In this document: positions 13,911 through 23,183 of the stretch, in pieces
How the letters are laid out: every line of letters starts with the position of its first letter
How positions within the stretch are numbered: position 1 is the stretch's first letter
NCBI GenBank assembly: GCA_963849325.1
Contig: CAWKHF010000001.1
Location: forward strand, 192,001-256,000
Source: an uncultured Planctomycetota bacterium
GTDB lineage: Bacteria > Planctomycetota > Planctomycetia > Gemmatales > Gemmataceae
Direction: 5' to 3'
Length of the DNA: 64,000 nt
Notes under the pieces: model-generated
Databases searched by the model: none
The model's input: the letters and a program-made list of their open reading frames with translations, nothing else
Told to the model about the DNA's origin: nothing
Made by a program: the position numbers and the translations under genes

Positions 13911-14115
13911 TCATCTCTTTCTCTACCTTGGCGATAAGCTTGCTGGCGCTGGTTTCCATAGCGGCACACAGCCGGAAGAGCATGTTGAGCGTGGGCGATT
14001 TCACGTCCCGTTCCAATAGACTGACGTAGGTGCGATGGACCCCCGCCTTGAACGCAAGCTGTTCTTGCGTTAAGCCAGCCTTGTCCCTCGCCTTTCGCAG
14101 TTCCTCGCCGAACAT
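13888..14115 (-). CDS. R-M controller (C) protein, XRE HTH
   Basis: '[22 protein letters not shown]...SPTL'; overlaps the start of the R gene. Confidence 0.88.
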   Translation of the reverse strand: MFGEELRKARDKAGLTQEQLAFKAGVHRTYVSLLERDVKSPTLNMLFRLCAAMETSASKLIAKVEKEMNENRGDG

Positions 14116-14151
14116 CAGGTCAAGGTAGCAAGGGAGAGAGGCGTATTCCGC

Positions 14152-14164
14152 GGACTATAGTCTG
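14152..14164. promoter_or_regulatory. Putative C-box upstream of the C-R operon
   Basis: GGACTATAGTCTG, same core GACTATAGTC as at 12377, ~37 bp upstream of the C gene ATG. Confidence 0.7.
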
Positions 14165-14417
14165 AGAGCACGTTTTACGTCCTGAATGCGGGATTCACCC
14201 GTGCATCAGCCGCAAACTCAAATCCATAACTACTTGCGATTGAAGGAGTGACATCGCCAACCAGGAGGATGCCTTCATTCCGCGCGAAAAGATTGGCCTC
14301 ATCGGCAACTCGAAACGAGGTCTCGTCACCTTGCCGACGAGTTCGTCCACCATAGGACAATCAGCGATCTGCCGCCGAAACGCTTCGCGCAGAACACCTC
14401 CATCCCAAGGACCGCAC

Positions 14418-15461
14418 ATGAAAGCCTTGGTCAAACGCAAAGCCGAACCCGGACTGTGGCTGGAAGACGTACCGCGGCCGGAGGTCGGTCTCAACAACGT
14501 CCTCATCCGTGTGCATCGTACCGGCATTTGCGGCACCAACGTCCACATCTGGAAGTGGGACGACTGGGCCCGCAAAACCATCCCGGTGCCGATGGTCGTC
14601 GGCCACGAGTTCGTCGGTGAGGTCGTGTCCGTCGGCGGCAATGTCGCCGACTTCCACCCCGGCGAGATCGTCAGCGGAGAGGGCCACGTCGTTTGCGGCC
14701 TGTGTCGCAACTGTCTGGCCGGCCGGCGCCACCTGTGCAAGGACACCAGGGGCGTCGGCGTCAATCGACCGGGCGCCTTCGCCGAGTACATCGCCCTGCC
14801 GATGACAAACGTGTGGCACCACGATCCGGCCATCCACCTCGACGTGGCCGCCATCTTCGATCCGTTCGGCAACGCGGTCCACACGGCCCTGTCGTTTCCG
14901 GTGCTCGGCGAGGACGTGCTCATCACCGGAGCGGGGCCGATCGGCGTCATGGCCGCCGCCGTCGTTCGCCATGCCGGGGCGCGCTACGTCGTCATCACCG
15001 ATGTCAACCCGTACCGGCTGGAGCTGGCCCGCAAGATGGGCGTGACGATGGCCGTGGACATCCGCGAAACGAGCATCGCCGAGGCCCAGAAGAAGCTCGG
15101 CATGAAGGAAGGTTTCGACGTCGGCCTGGAGATGTCCGGCAATCCGTCGGCGTTCCGCGACATGCTGGTCAACCTGTGCCACGGAGCCAAGATCGCCATG
15201 CTCGGCATCCCCGAGCGCGAGATGGCCATCGATTGGAACCTGGTCGTCTTCAACATGCTGACCATCAAGGGCATCTACGGCCGCGAGATGTACGAGACGT
15301 GGTACAAGATGACGGTCATGCTGCAAGGCGGCCTCGACATTCGGCCAGTCATCACGCATCGCTTTCCTTACACGGAGTTTCACAAGGGCTTCGACGTGAT
15401 GATGTCCGGTCAGTCGGGGAAAGTTATTCTCCATTGGATGGAGAAAGGATCTCGAGTTTAG
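14418..15461 (+). CDS. tdh: L-threonine 3-dehydrogenase
   Basis: 'MKALVK', 'GICGT', 'GHEFVG', '[15 protein letters not shown]', '[14 protein letters not shown]'. Confidence 0.95.
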   Translation: MKALVKRKAEPGLWLEDVPRPEVGLNNVLIRVHRTGICGTNVHIWKWDDWARKTIPVPMVVGHEFVGEVVSVGGNVADFHPGEIVSGEGHVVCGLCRNCLAGRRHLCKDTRGVGVNRPGAFAEYIALPMTNVWHHDPAIHLDVAAIFDPFGNAVHTALSFPVLGEDVLITGAGPIGVMAAAVVRHAGARYVVITDVNPYRLELARKMGVTMAVDIRETSIAEAQKKLGMKEGFDVGLEMSGNPSAFRDMLVNLCHGAKIAMLGIPEREMAIDWNLVVFNMLTIKGIYGREMYETWYKMTVMLQGGLDIRPVITHRFPYTEFHKGFDVMMSGQSGKVILHWMEKGSRV

Positions 15462-15483
15462 GAACGGTTTTCAAAGCTCACTC

Positions 15484-15533
15484 GCCCGGAGCGCCAGCGA
15501 CGGGTACCCCAACCCGTCGCTGGCGCTCCGGGC
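15484..15533. repeat. REP-like hairpin between convergent tdh and proB
   Basis: gcccggagcgccagcgacgggt ... acccgtcgctggcgctccgggc. Confidence 0.8.
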
Positions 15534-16673
15534 TAATGGACCGCGATAACGACCAAATTATCGCGGTGGACCACCTCATCGTAGGCGGAAGCGCCGATCA
15601 CTTCGCGCACCCGTTCGCTGCGCAAACCGCGGATGCGTTCGACATCGCCGGAAGAATAATTGCTCAGTCCGCGAGCGAATTCGACGCCTGCAACGTCTAT
15701 TAAGGTGACGACATCGCCCTTGCTGAACGTGCCGGCGACCTGGACGATGCCGATGGGCAACAGACTGCGGCCCTGATGCTGAACGGCCTGGCGCGCCCCG
15801 GCATCGACGACGAGCCGGCCGCGCGGCCGGGCCGTGTAGCCCAGCCAGCGCTTCCACGCTGGCATGGTGCGGTCGTGCGGCAAAAACAACGTGCCGACCG
15901 GCTCGGCGCGAAAGAGGGCGTCGAGAATGCCGGGTGTGCTGCCGTTGGCCATGAGGACCGTCTCGCCCGCCACCGTCGCCAGGCGCGCGGCGCGCAGTTT
16001 GCTCCTCATGCCGCCGGAACCGAGGGCACTGCGGCTGCTGCCGGCCTTCTCCATGATGGCGGCGTCGATGACCGGCACCGTCGTCAGCAGCGACGCCGAC
16101 GGATCGCTGCGCGGGTCGGAGGAGTACAGACCGTCCACCACGGTCAGCAGGACCAGCAGCGACGCTTGCAGCAAGTTGGTGACCAGGGCGGCGAGGTGGT
16201 CGTTGTCGCCAAAGCGGATCTCGGCGACGCTGACCGTATCGTTCTCGTTGATGATGGGCAGACAGCCATACTCGAACAGCGTCAGAATGGTATTGCGCGC
16301 GTTGAGGTAGCGGCCGCGGCTGTCGAAATCGCCGGCGGTGAGCAGGATCTGGGCCGTCGGGATGCCGTGACGGGACAGGCAGTCCTCGTAAGCGCGCATG
16401 AGGAACGCTTGACCGATAGCGGCGCACGCTTGCAGCTGACGCAAGTCGGTCGGACGGCGCGCCAGGCCAAGACGGCCCATGCCGGCACCGATGGCGCCGG
16501 AGCTGACCAGGGCGACCCGGCGGCCGCCGGCGCAGGCGCTGGAGTTGGTCGGCCAGCGCTTGCAGCCGTTGCGGATCGAGCGTGCCGTCCTCGTGGGTGA
16601 GCACGTTGGTGCCCACCTTGACCACCACCGTGTTCGCCAGGGCGATGACTTCTTGCCGAACCGCGTCGAGCAT
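15533..16673 (-). CDS. proB: Glutamate 5-kinase with PUA domain (frameshift near 5' end)
   Basis: 'VVVKVGT', 'VSSGAI', 'PIINENDTV', 'FGDNDHL', 'GGMRSKL', PUA 'SLLPIGI'. Confidence 0.93.
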
Positions 16674-16871
16674 GGCTGCGTTCTCGAAAACCGGGGGCCA
16701 TGCCTGTTTATAGCAGGCGCGGACCTCTCTCGTAACAAGCCGCGAAGTTTGTAACAATGAGGCAGGATGGTTTGACGCGGCCAAAGGGGTCTTTTATACT
16801 CGATCTCAGCGAATGGACACTCCCCCGCTCGCCGGGGGCTGGAAAGGACTTCTCAGCTCAGGAGGTGCCTC

Positions 16872-18557
16872 TTGTCAACAACAACCCCGCGGCGTGTGTA
16901 CAAGGGAAGAAGCATCCGGACGCCGGTGCTGCTCTGTCTGCTGGGGTTGTTCGCTTTGCCGGCCTCTCTTTCCGCTCAGACGCTCACCACGGACGAGTTG
17001 CGCAAGCAAGCCGTCCTCCTCGAACAGCGCCACGACTGGCTCGAAGCGTGCCGCGTCTACGACGAGCTGTTGCGCAAGGACCGGACGCGCGAGGACGTCC
17101 GGCAAGCGTATCAGCGCTGCCTGCGTCGCTATCACATCGTCCATCGCCATCGAGACAAGGTCTACCGTCAAGCCCTGACGCGCGTGACGGCGGTGCAAGC
17201 CCTGGAGATGTACGAGCAGGTGCTCGACACCGTTGCCCGCGCCTACGTCGATCGGCACAGGACCAGCGCGGCGGCGCTGTTCCGGCAAGGAGTGGAAGAA
17301 TTGCTCCTGGCCTTCGACGAGACCGTCTTCCGCGACGAATACTTTCCCGGCATCCCGCGCGAGACGTTCGACGCCTTCAAGACGAAGCTGGAGGAGTGGC
17401 GCGGCCGCAAGATCGCCAGCCGTTCCGACGCCCGCGCCCAGGTGATGGCGGTTGGACGGACGGCGCAGCAGATGGGCTTCGGACCTCGGCCCCTGCTGCT
17501 GACGGTCATCGCCCTGGAATTTCTCAGCGGCGCCTGCAACGCCCTGGATGAATACACCTTCTTCCTGACGCCCGGCCGTTACCGCGAAGTGCAGGCGGCA
17601 TTGCGTGGCCGGTTGGTCTCTATCGGCGTCGATCTGGCCGTGGTCGAGGGACATCTGGAAATCGCTCGCGTCTATCCGCGCAGCCCGGCCTGGGAACAGG
17701 GACTCATGCTGCACGACCGCATCCTGCGGATCGACGGCCAATCCACCGCAACGCTGCCGGCCGAGGTCGCCGCCGAACGACTGCGCGGCAAGGCCGGCAG
17801 TGTCGTCAAGCTGGAAGTCTTCTCGGTGGCCCAGATGATGACGCGGCCAACCATTGAGCTGACGCGCCGGCCCGTGATCGTGCCCAGCGTCGAGTTCGAG
17901 CTGAAGCCCGTCCTGGTGGACACCGGAGACGGTCTGGAGACGGTCGTTCCCATCGGCCGCTTGCGCATCCTCTACTTCCAGGAATCGACGCTGCAAGAAG
18001 TGAAGGAAGCGTTGGCGGCACTGCAAACCGACGGTATGCGGATGCTGGTCCTCGACCTGCGCGGCAACCCCGGCGGCCTGTTCAAGTCGGCCGTGCAGGT
18101 GGCCGAACTGTTTCTGCCCGAAGGCATCATCGTGGTGTCGCAGTCGCACATTCTGCCCAGGGACAAACGGCTGAGCGGCCCGATCCGAGTGGAGAGCATG
18201 AATCCGCTGTTGCTGCCGATGGTGGTGGTCATCGACGGCGATACCGCTAGCTCCGCCGAGGTGCTGGCCGGGGCGCTCAAGGACAACGGTCGGGCCAAGC
18301 TGATCGGGCAAACGACGTTCGGCAAAGGCTCGATCCAGTGCATTATCCCGCTGGACAAGCCGCCCTTCGACAAGATGCCGGGCGGCATCCGCATCACGGT
18401 GGCCAAGCTGCTGTCGCCGAGTTGGCAGCCGTACAGCGGCCAGGGTGTTCGGCCGAATGTGCCTTCCAGTTCCGATGGCGATGCGGTGCTGGCCGAGGCG
18501 CAGCAAGTCCTGCTGGACATGCTCAAGACCTTGCAGCCGATGGCGATACCGCACTGA
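16872..18557 (+). CDS. S41 family carboxyl-terminal protease with PDZ domain
   Basis: 'LDLRGNPGG', 'TASSAEVLAGALKD', 'TTFGKGSIQ'. Confidence 0.9.
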   Translation: MSTTTPRRVYKGRSIRTPVLLCLLGLFALPASLSAQTLTTDELRKQAVLLEQRHDWLEACRVYDELLRKDRTREDVRQAYQRCLRRYHIVHRHRDKVYRQALTRVTAVQALEMYEQVLDTVARAYVDRHRTSAAALFRQGVEELLLAFDETVFRDEYFPGIPRETFDAFKTKLEEWRGRKIASRSDARAQVMAVGRTAQQMGFGPRPLLLTVIALEFLSGACNALDEYTFFLTPGRYREVQAALRGRLVSIGVDLAVVEGHLEIARVYPRSPAWEQGLMLHDRILRIDGQSTATLPAEVAAERLRGKAGSVVKLEVFSVAQMMTRPTIELTRRPVIVPSVEFELKPVLVDTGDGLETVVPIGRLRILYFQESTLQEVKEALAALQTDGMRMLVLDLRGNPGGLFKSAVQVAELFLPEGIIVVSQSHILPRDKRLSGPIRVESMNPLLLPMVVVIDGDTASSAEVLAGALKDNGRAKLIGQTTFGKGSIQCIIPLDKPPFDKMPGGIRITVAKLLSPSWQPYSGQGVRPNVPSSSDGDAVLAEAQQVLLDMLKTLQPMAIPH

Positions 18558-18572
18558 TCGGCATATCCTCCG

Positions 18573-19442
18573 TTGAGACCTGTCGTGCGCCCTCTCTGGT
18601 CCCAGACAATCTCGGCCCCGCTGCGCGGTCTGAGCCTGGCCCGTGAGCGCGATGCGGTGCTGGCCTGGGACGGTCGCGACGATCTGTTCCTGTTCAACCA
18701 CGCCGGCCGACTCCAGGGTCAATGTTCCTCTCCCGCGGTCATCGCGGCGGCCTGCGGTGCCGAGGATGGCAGCGCCTACGCCGTCGGCGGTTCGCGCGAG
18801 CCGGTCGTGTGCTGGCTGGGTCCGGATCTGTCGCCGCGCTGGCAGCGCCCGCTGCATCGCGGCGCGACGGCCATCGCCCTGGAGCCACTGGGCCAGTACG
18901 TCGCCGTGGCCGACGCCGATGGCACGCTGTACCTGTTCGACCGCGACGGCCAAACGCGGTGGCGGGCGACGACGCCGCGGCCGTTGTCCCATCTCGCCTT
19001 CGTGCCGGAGAAACCCCTGCTCGTCGGCGCCGCCGATTTCGGGCTGGTCGTCTGTTTTGGCTCGGCCGGCGAATGCCTGTGGCGCGACGGGTTGGTCGCG
19101 CACGTCGGCTCCCTGGCAGTCCGCGGCGACGGCGATGGCCTCCTCCTGGCCTGCTTTGGCGATGGTCTGTATCGCTACCGCGCGGCCGGCCCGCCGCCCC
19201 AGCAGATCCTTCTTGACGCGGCCTGTTCTCGCGCGGCCGTCTCCTATGCCGGCGACCGTGTGCTCACAGCGGAGCGGGACAACCGCGTCTGTCTGCGTGA
19301 CGGCGATGGAACTCGACGCGACCCCATCACCCTCGATGCCTCTCCCGTCGCTCTCGCCCTAGGGGCGCTGAGGCGATCAGGGAGTCATCGGCCTAGCCGA
19401 CGGGACGATCCTGCGTTTCGACCTGCGCCCGAGCAGCGGTGA
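18573..19442 (+). CDS. WD40/beta-propeller-like protein
   Basis: Repeated propeller-like strands ('GQYVAVADADGTLYLFD'); directly downstream of the protease. Confidence 0.6.
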   Translation: MRPVVRPLWSQTISAPLRGLSLARERDAVLAWDGRDDLFLFNHAGRLQGQCSSPAVIAAACGAEDGSAYAVGGSREPVVCWLGPDLSPRWQRPLHRGATAIALEPLGQYVAVADADGTLYLFDRDGQTRWRATTPRPLSHLAFVPEKPLLVGAADFGLVVCFGSAGECLWRDGLVAHVGSLAVRGDGDGLLLACFGDGLYRYRAAGPPPQQILLDAACSRAAVSYAGDRVLTAERDNRVCLRDGDGTRRDPITLDASPVALALGALRRSGSHRPSRRDDPAFRPAPEQR

Positions 19443-19740
19443 AAAACTGCTCTTGCTCCGAGCGGACGAGTTTTGTAAAACCGTCGATACGATAAGGAGT
19501 GTGGGTAGGGAATCCCGCTCCACCCTCGCTGAGGGTGAAGGTACGGCAGGAGGCTGAACACTTCAGATAACTTGCCTTCCTCGCAGATCCGCACCTCCTG
19601 AGTTTTCAACCCATCGCCCGGTCCCATTCAACGCAGCATGGGCAAGTTGTTTCGCGCCCCTCATGGTTGGGGGGAACGGCGGCTCGCCTGGGATGTGCGC
19701 CGCCGCAATGGTCTCCATCCACCGGAAAGGACACCCGCGC

Positions 19741-20520
19741 ATGCTCGTACTTTCACGCCGACTCGGACAGAAGATCGTTTTTCCCGGCACGCAGACGACC
19801 GTGCAAATCGTTTCCCTAAAACCGGGCGTCGTTCGCCTGGGGATCGACGCCCCCGAACACGTCGCCGTCTACCGCGACGAATTGCTGGGGCGAAACGACT
19901 TCCAGGAACGGACGCCCCTCGTGGACGAGTCAACCGCGCAGCACGTGGCCGACCAATTGCTGCACATCCTCAACAACCGGCTCAATACCAGTACGGTCGG
20001 GTTGGCCCTGCTTCGCCGGCAACTGGATCTGGGTCTCACCCGCGACATGCTTTCCACGCTCGACAAGATCGAGGACAACCTCAAGGGGTTGCAGCAGCGT
20101 GTCGAAGGGCTTGACGCGGATCGGCCTCGTCCCGCCAGGCCGGCGCGACGGTGCGCGCTCGTGGTCGAAGACGACCGCAACGAGTGTGAACTGCTGGCCG
20201 GCTTCCTGCGCCTGGCCGGACTCGACGTTCACACGGCCGGCGACGGCGCCGACGCCCTCGATTATCTCAACGAACAGGGCAAGCCGGACGTGGTCTTGCT
20301 CGACATGATGCTGCCGCGCTGCGACGGACCCACGACCGTTCGCAACATCCGTCGTAACCCCGCCTATGACGGCATGCGCATCTTCGGCGTCACCGGAGCC
20401 GCCGTCGAGCAATTCGGCCTCGCCGAAGGGCCGGGCGGCATCGATCGCTGGTTCCGCAAGCCCCTCAACCCCGAGGCGCTGCTGCGCGCGCTGGATCAAA
20501 ACCTCTCCACGGTGCCCTAG
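19741..20520 (+). CDS. CsrA-domain / response-regulator receiver fusion
   Basis: N-terminal 'MLVLSRRLGQKIVF...VRLGIDAPEHVAVYRDEL' (CsrA); C-terminal REC 'LVVEDD...VVLLDMMLP...VTG...RKP'. Confidence 0.85.
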   Translation: MLVLSRRLGQKIVFPGTQTTVQIVSLKPGVVRLGIDAPEHVAVYRDELLGRNDFQERTPLVDESTAQHVADQLLHILNNRLNTSTVGLALLRRQLDLGLTRDMLSTLDKIEDNLKGLQQRVEGLDADRPRPARPARRCALVVEDDRNECELLAGFLRLAGLDVHTAGDGADALDYLNEQGKPDVVLLDMMLPRCDGPTTVRNIRRNPAYDGMRIFGVTGAAVEQFGLAEGPGGIDRWFRKPLNPEALLRALDQNLSTVP

Positions 20521-20527
20521 ACTTTTG

Positions 20528-20593
20528 GGCGAACGGCCGGCGTTAGCCGGCTGGTAGAGGCGGCAACCAGCCGGCTAACGCCGGCCGTTCGCC
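20528..20593. repeat. REP-like palindrome, family B
   Basis: ggcgaacggccggcgttagccggctggt ... accagccggctaacgccggccgttcgcc. Confidence 0.88.
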
Positions 20594-20791
20594 ATGATTA
20601 GCGGACCCTACCGAGCCGCGACCGCGAGGGAGCGAAATTCCCCCTTTCCCTGACGGTCGCGGCCCTGGCCGATGTGATCTTTTCCATCTACATTTCTCGA
20701 TACACTCCCGGCCGGCACGTCTTACCAAGCCGGTTCGCCGAGTGCAAAAGGCCACCCACCTTGGGAACAGAAGTTGCTCTCATGTTCGACC

Positions 20792-21250
20792 ATGATGAAG
20801 CAATCGAACCAGCTGTTTGGCTTGGCACCGGAGCCTTTCAATCTGCCGCAGAGAAAGGCGAACGGGAAGGAACCCTCCTCGCCGCCGGACGCGCGGGGAC
20901 CGCTGCGCCGGGTCGCCCCGGACCTTTTCCGGACCCTGGCGGCTCGCTACGGCGAACTGCTGGAAAGGACCGTGGACCAGCGCGTGTATGCGCGGGAGTC
21001 CGCGCTGACGGAAGGCTTGCGGGAAATGAGCGTGCGGCTGGGCCGTCTCCAGGCGGCCCCCCGCGACGTGATCGACCTGCATAGCCACGCCCTGGAGGTC
21101 CAGTTGGCCGCGGCGCCGGCACGACTGGCGGCCGTCTACGTTGAGGAAGGACGCTTGCTCGTGCTCGAACTCATGGGGCACTTGCTGTCGTATTATCGAA
21201 GGGAGTGCCTTCAGGCCGGACGGTCCTCCGAGCGGTCCCTTCGGAGGTGA
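20792..21250 (+). CDS. KaiA-like (KaiA3-type C-terminal domain) protein; start uncertain
   Basis: 'APRDVIDLHSHAL...EEGRLLVLELMGHLLSYYRRE' resembles the KaiA C-terminal helices (IIEIH...RLTLIDILAHLCEMYRR); directly upstream of kaiB and kaiC. Confidence 0.72.
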   Translation: MMKQSNQLFGLAPEPFNLPQRKANGKEPSSPPDARGPLRRVAPDLFRTLAARYGELLERTVDQRVYARESALTEGLREMSVRLGRLQAAPRDVIDLHSHALEVQLAAAPARLAAVYVEEGRLLVLELMGHLLSYYRRECLQAGRSSERSLRR

Positions 21251-21265
21251 ATCGAGGCTTCGATC

Positions 21266-21592
21266 ATGGCTAAGTATCTTCTCAAGCTCTACGTCACCGG
21301 CCAGACGCCGCGCTCCCATCGCGCCATCGAAAACCTGCGCCGCCTCTGCGACGAGGAACTGCACGGCCAATATGAGATGCACGTCATCGACGTGCTGGAA
21401 CGGCCGCAGCTGGCCGAGGATGAGAAGATCCTGGCCACGCCCACCGTGGTCAAGGAATTGCCGGCGCCGATCCGCCGTATCATCGGCGACCTGTCCGACG
21501 CCGAAAAAGTGCTCCTCGGACTGGATTTACAACGGTGCAGCCTCGCGGGGAACGGTTCATGCGGAAAGGAGGAAAGCATTGACCTGGCATAA
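21266..21592 (+). CDS. kaiB: Circadian clock protein KaiB
   Basis: '[14 protein letters not shown]...[21 protein letters not shown]...[19 protein letters not shown]'. Confidence 0.96.
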   Translation: MAKYLLKLYVTGQTPRSHRAIENLRRLCDEELHGQYEMHVIDVLERPQLAEDEKILATPTVVKELPAPIRRIIGDLSDAEKVLLGLDLQRCSLAGNGSCGKEESIDLA

Positions 21593-23156
21593 CCATCACT
21601 CCGCTGTCGCCAAGCTCCCGACGGAAGTCCCCGGCTTCGACCTGATCTCTTACGGCGGTTTGCCCGAGGGGCGTTCCACTCTCCTGTCCGGCACGTCCGG
21701 CAGCGCCAAGACCGTGCTCGCCTGCCAGTTCCTGGCCGAGGGCATTCGCCGCCGCGGCGAGTCGGGCGTCTTTGTCACCTTCGAGGAAAGTCCGCAAGCC
21801 ATCCGCAAGAACATGGAAGGCTTCAACTGGGGCATCCCTCGTTGGGAACAGGAGGGCAAATGGTCGTTTGTTGATGTGTCGCCGCACCCCGGTCAGGAGA
21901 CGATCATCAGCGGCTCCTTCGACCTCAACGCTCTGCTGGTGCGCATCGAGAACGCCGTGCGCAAGACGGGCGCCCGCCGCATGTCGCTGGATTCGCTGGG
22001 AGGCGTCTTCGCCCAACTCGGCGAATCGACCACCGTGCGCAATGAGCTGTTCCGCATCGTTTCCGCCCTCAAGGAGATGGGCGTCACCTCGATCATCACC
22101 GCCGAACGCACCGAGGAATATGGGCAAGTGTCGCGCTACGGCATCGAGGAGTTCGTCACCGATAACGTGGTCATCCTGCGCAACGGCCTGGAACAGGAGA
22201 AACGGCGACGCACCATCGAGATCCTCAAGTTCCGCGGCACTCCCCATCAGAAAGGCGAGTTTCCCTTCACCGTCAGTCCCGACCAGGGTGTCGTGGTCAT
22301 TCCATTGTCGGCCATCGAGCTGAAGCAGAAGTCGTCGGACCTGCGCATCGCTTCGGGCATCCCGGAGCTGGACCGCATGTGCGGCGGCGGTTTTTTCCGC
22401 GACTCGATCGTGCTGCTGTCCGGGGCGACAGGCACCGGCAAGACGCTGGTGACGACCTCGTTCATCGCCGGCGGCGCGGCCACCGGCGAACGCACCCTGT
22501 TCTTCGCCTTCGAGGAAAGCCGCGATCAACTGTTCCGCAACGCCAGCGGCTGGGGCATCGATTTCGAGAAGATGGAGGCGGCCGGCAAGCTCAAGGTCGT
22601 GTGCGAGTATCCCGAGACCGGCAGCCTGGAAGACCACCTGATCGCCATGAAAGCGGTGGTGGACGAATTTCAGCCGCAGCGCATCGCCATCGACAGCTTG
22701 TCGGCCCTGGAGCGCGTGGCCACGGTCAAGAGCTTCCGCGAGTTCGCCATCGCCCTGACCTCGTACATCAAGGACAAGAACATCGCCGGCCTGTTCACGG
22801 CCACCTCGTCGAGCCTGCTGGGCGGCTCGTCGGTGACCGAGACGCACATCTCGACCATCACCGACTCCATCATCCTGTTGCGTTACGTCGAGATGCACGG
22901 CGAGATGCGGCGCGGCGTCACGGTGCTGAAGATGCGCGGCTCCAGTCACGAGAAGAACATCCGCGAGTTCACCATTGACGGCAAAGGCATGCACATCGGC
23001 AAACCGTTCCGCAATGTTTCGGGCATTCTCTCAGGCCATTTCACCCATCTGCCGCCGGGCGAGATCGAGCGCCTGGGCGAGCTGTTCAAGGACGATGGAG
23101 ACCCCAATGCCCATGCTCGGGACATCCAGGTCGGGCGCGATCATCCCCTGGGGTGA
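21579..23156 (+). CDS. kaiC: Circadian clock kinase KaiC, double domain; probable TTG start
   Basis: CI 'GTSGSAKT','FEES'; CII 'GATGTGKT','FEESR'; phosphosite region 'THISTITD'; SD aaggagg before TTG at 21579. Confidence 0.96.
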   Translation: MTWHNHHSAVAKLPTEVPGFDLISYGGLPEGRSTLLSGTSGSAKTVLACQFLAEGIRRRGESGVFVTFEESPQAIRKNMEGFNWGIPRWEQEGKWSFVDVSPHPGQETIISGSFDLNALLVRIENAVRKTGARRMSLDSLGGVFAQLGESTTVRNELFRIVSALKEMGVTSIITAERTEEYGQVSRYGIEEFVTDNVVILRNGLEQEKRRRTIEILKFRGTPHQKGEFPFTVSPDQGVVVIPLSAIELKQKSSDLRIASGIPELDRMCGGGFFRDSIVLLSGATGTGKTLVTTSFIAGGAATGERTLFFAFEESRDQLFRNASGWGIDFEKMEAAGKLKVVCEYPETGSLEDHLIAMKAVVDEFQPQRIAIDSLSALERVATVKSFREFAIALTSYIKDKNIAGLFTATSSSLLGGSSVTETHISTITDSIILLRYVEMHGEMRRGVTVLKMRGSSHEKNIREFTIDGKGMHIGKPFRNVSGILSGHFTHLPPGEIERLGELFKDDGDPNAHARDIQVGRDHPLG

Positions 23157-23183
23157 CGCCGTGCCCGGTCCGGGGAGTTCGTC

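Noticed and set aside
16875-19103. Long antisense ORFs (also 8421..10121, 21480..22994, 35688..37466, 51879..53774)
   Set aside because: Shadow ORFs opposite well-supported genes, expected at high GC, with no recognisable motifs
21141-21578. Apparent 146-aa N-terminal extension of KaiC (671-aa ORF)
   Set aside because: It overlaps kaiA-like and kaiB in other frames; a strong SD and TTG at 21579 give a normal-length KaiC
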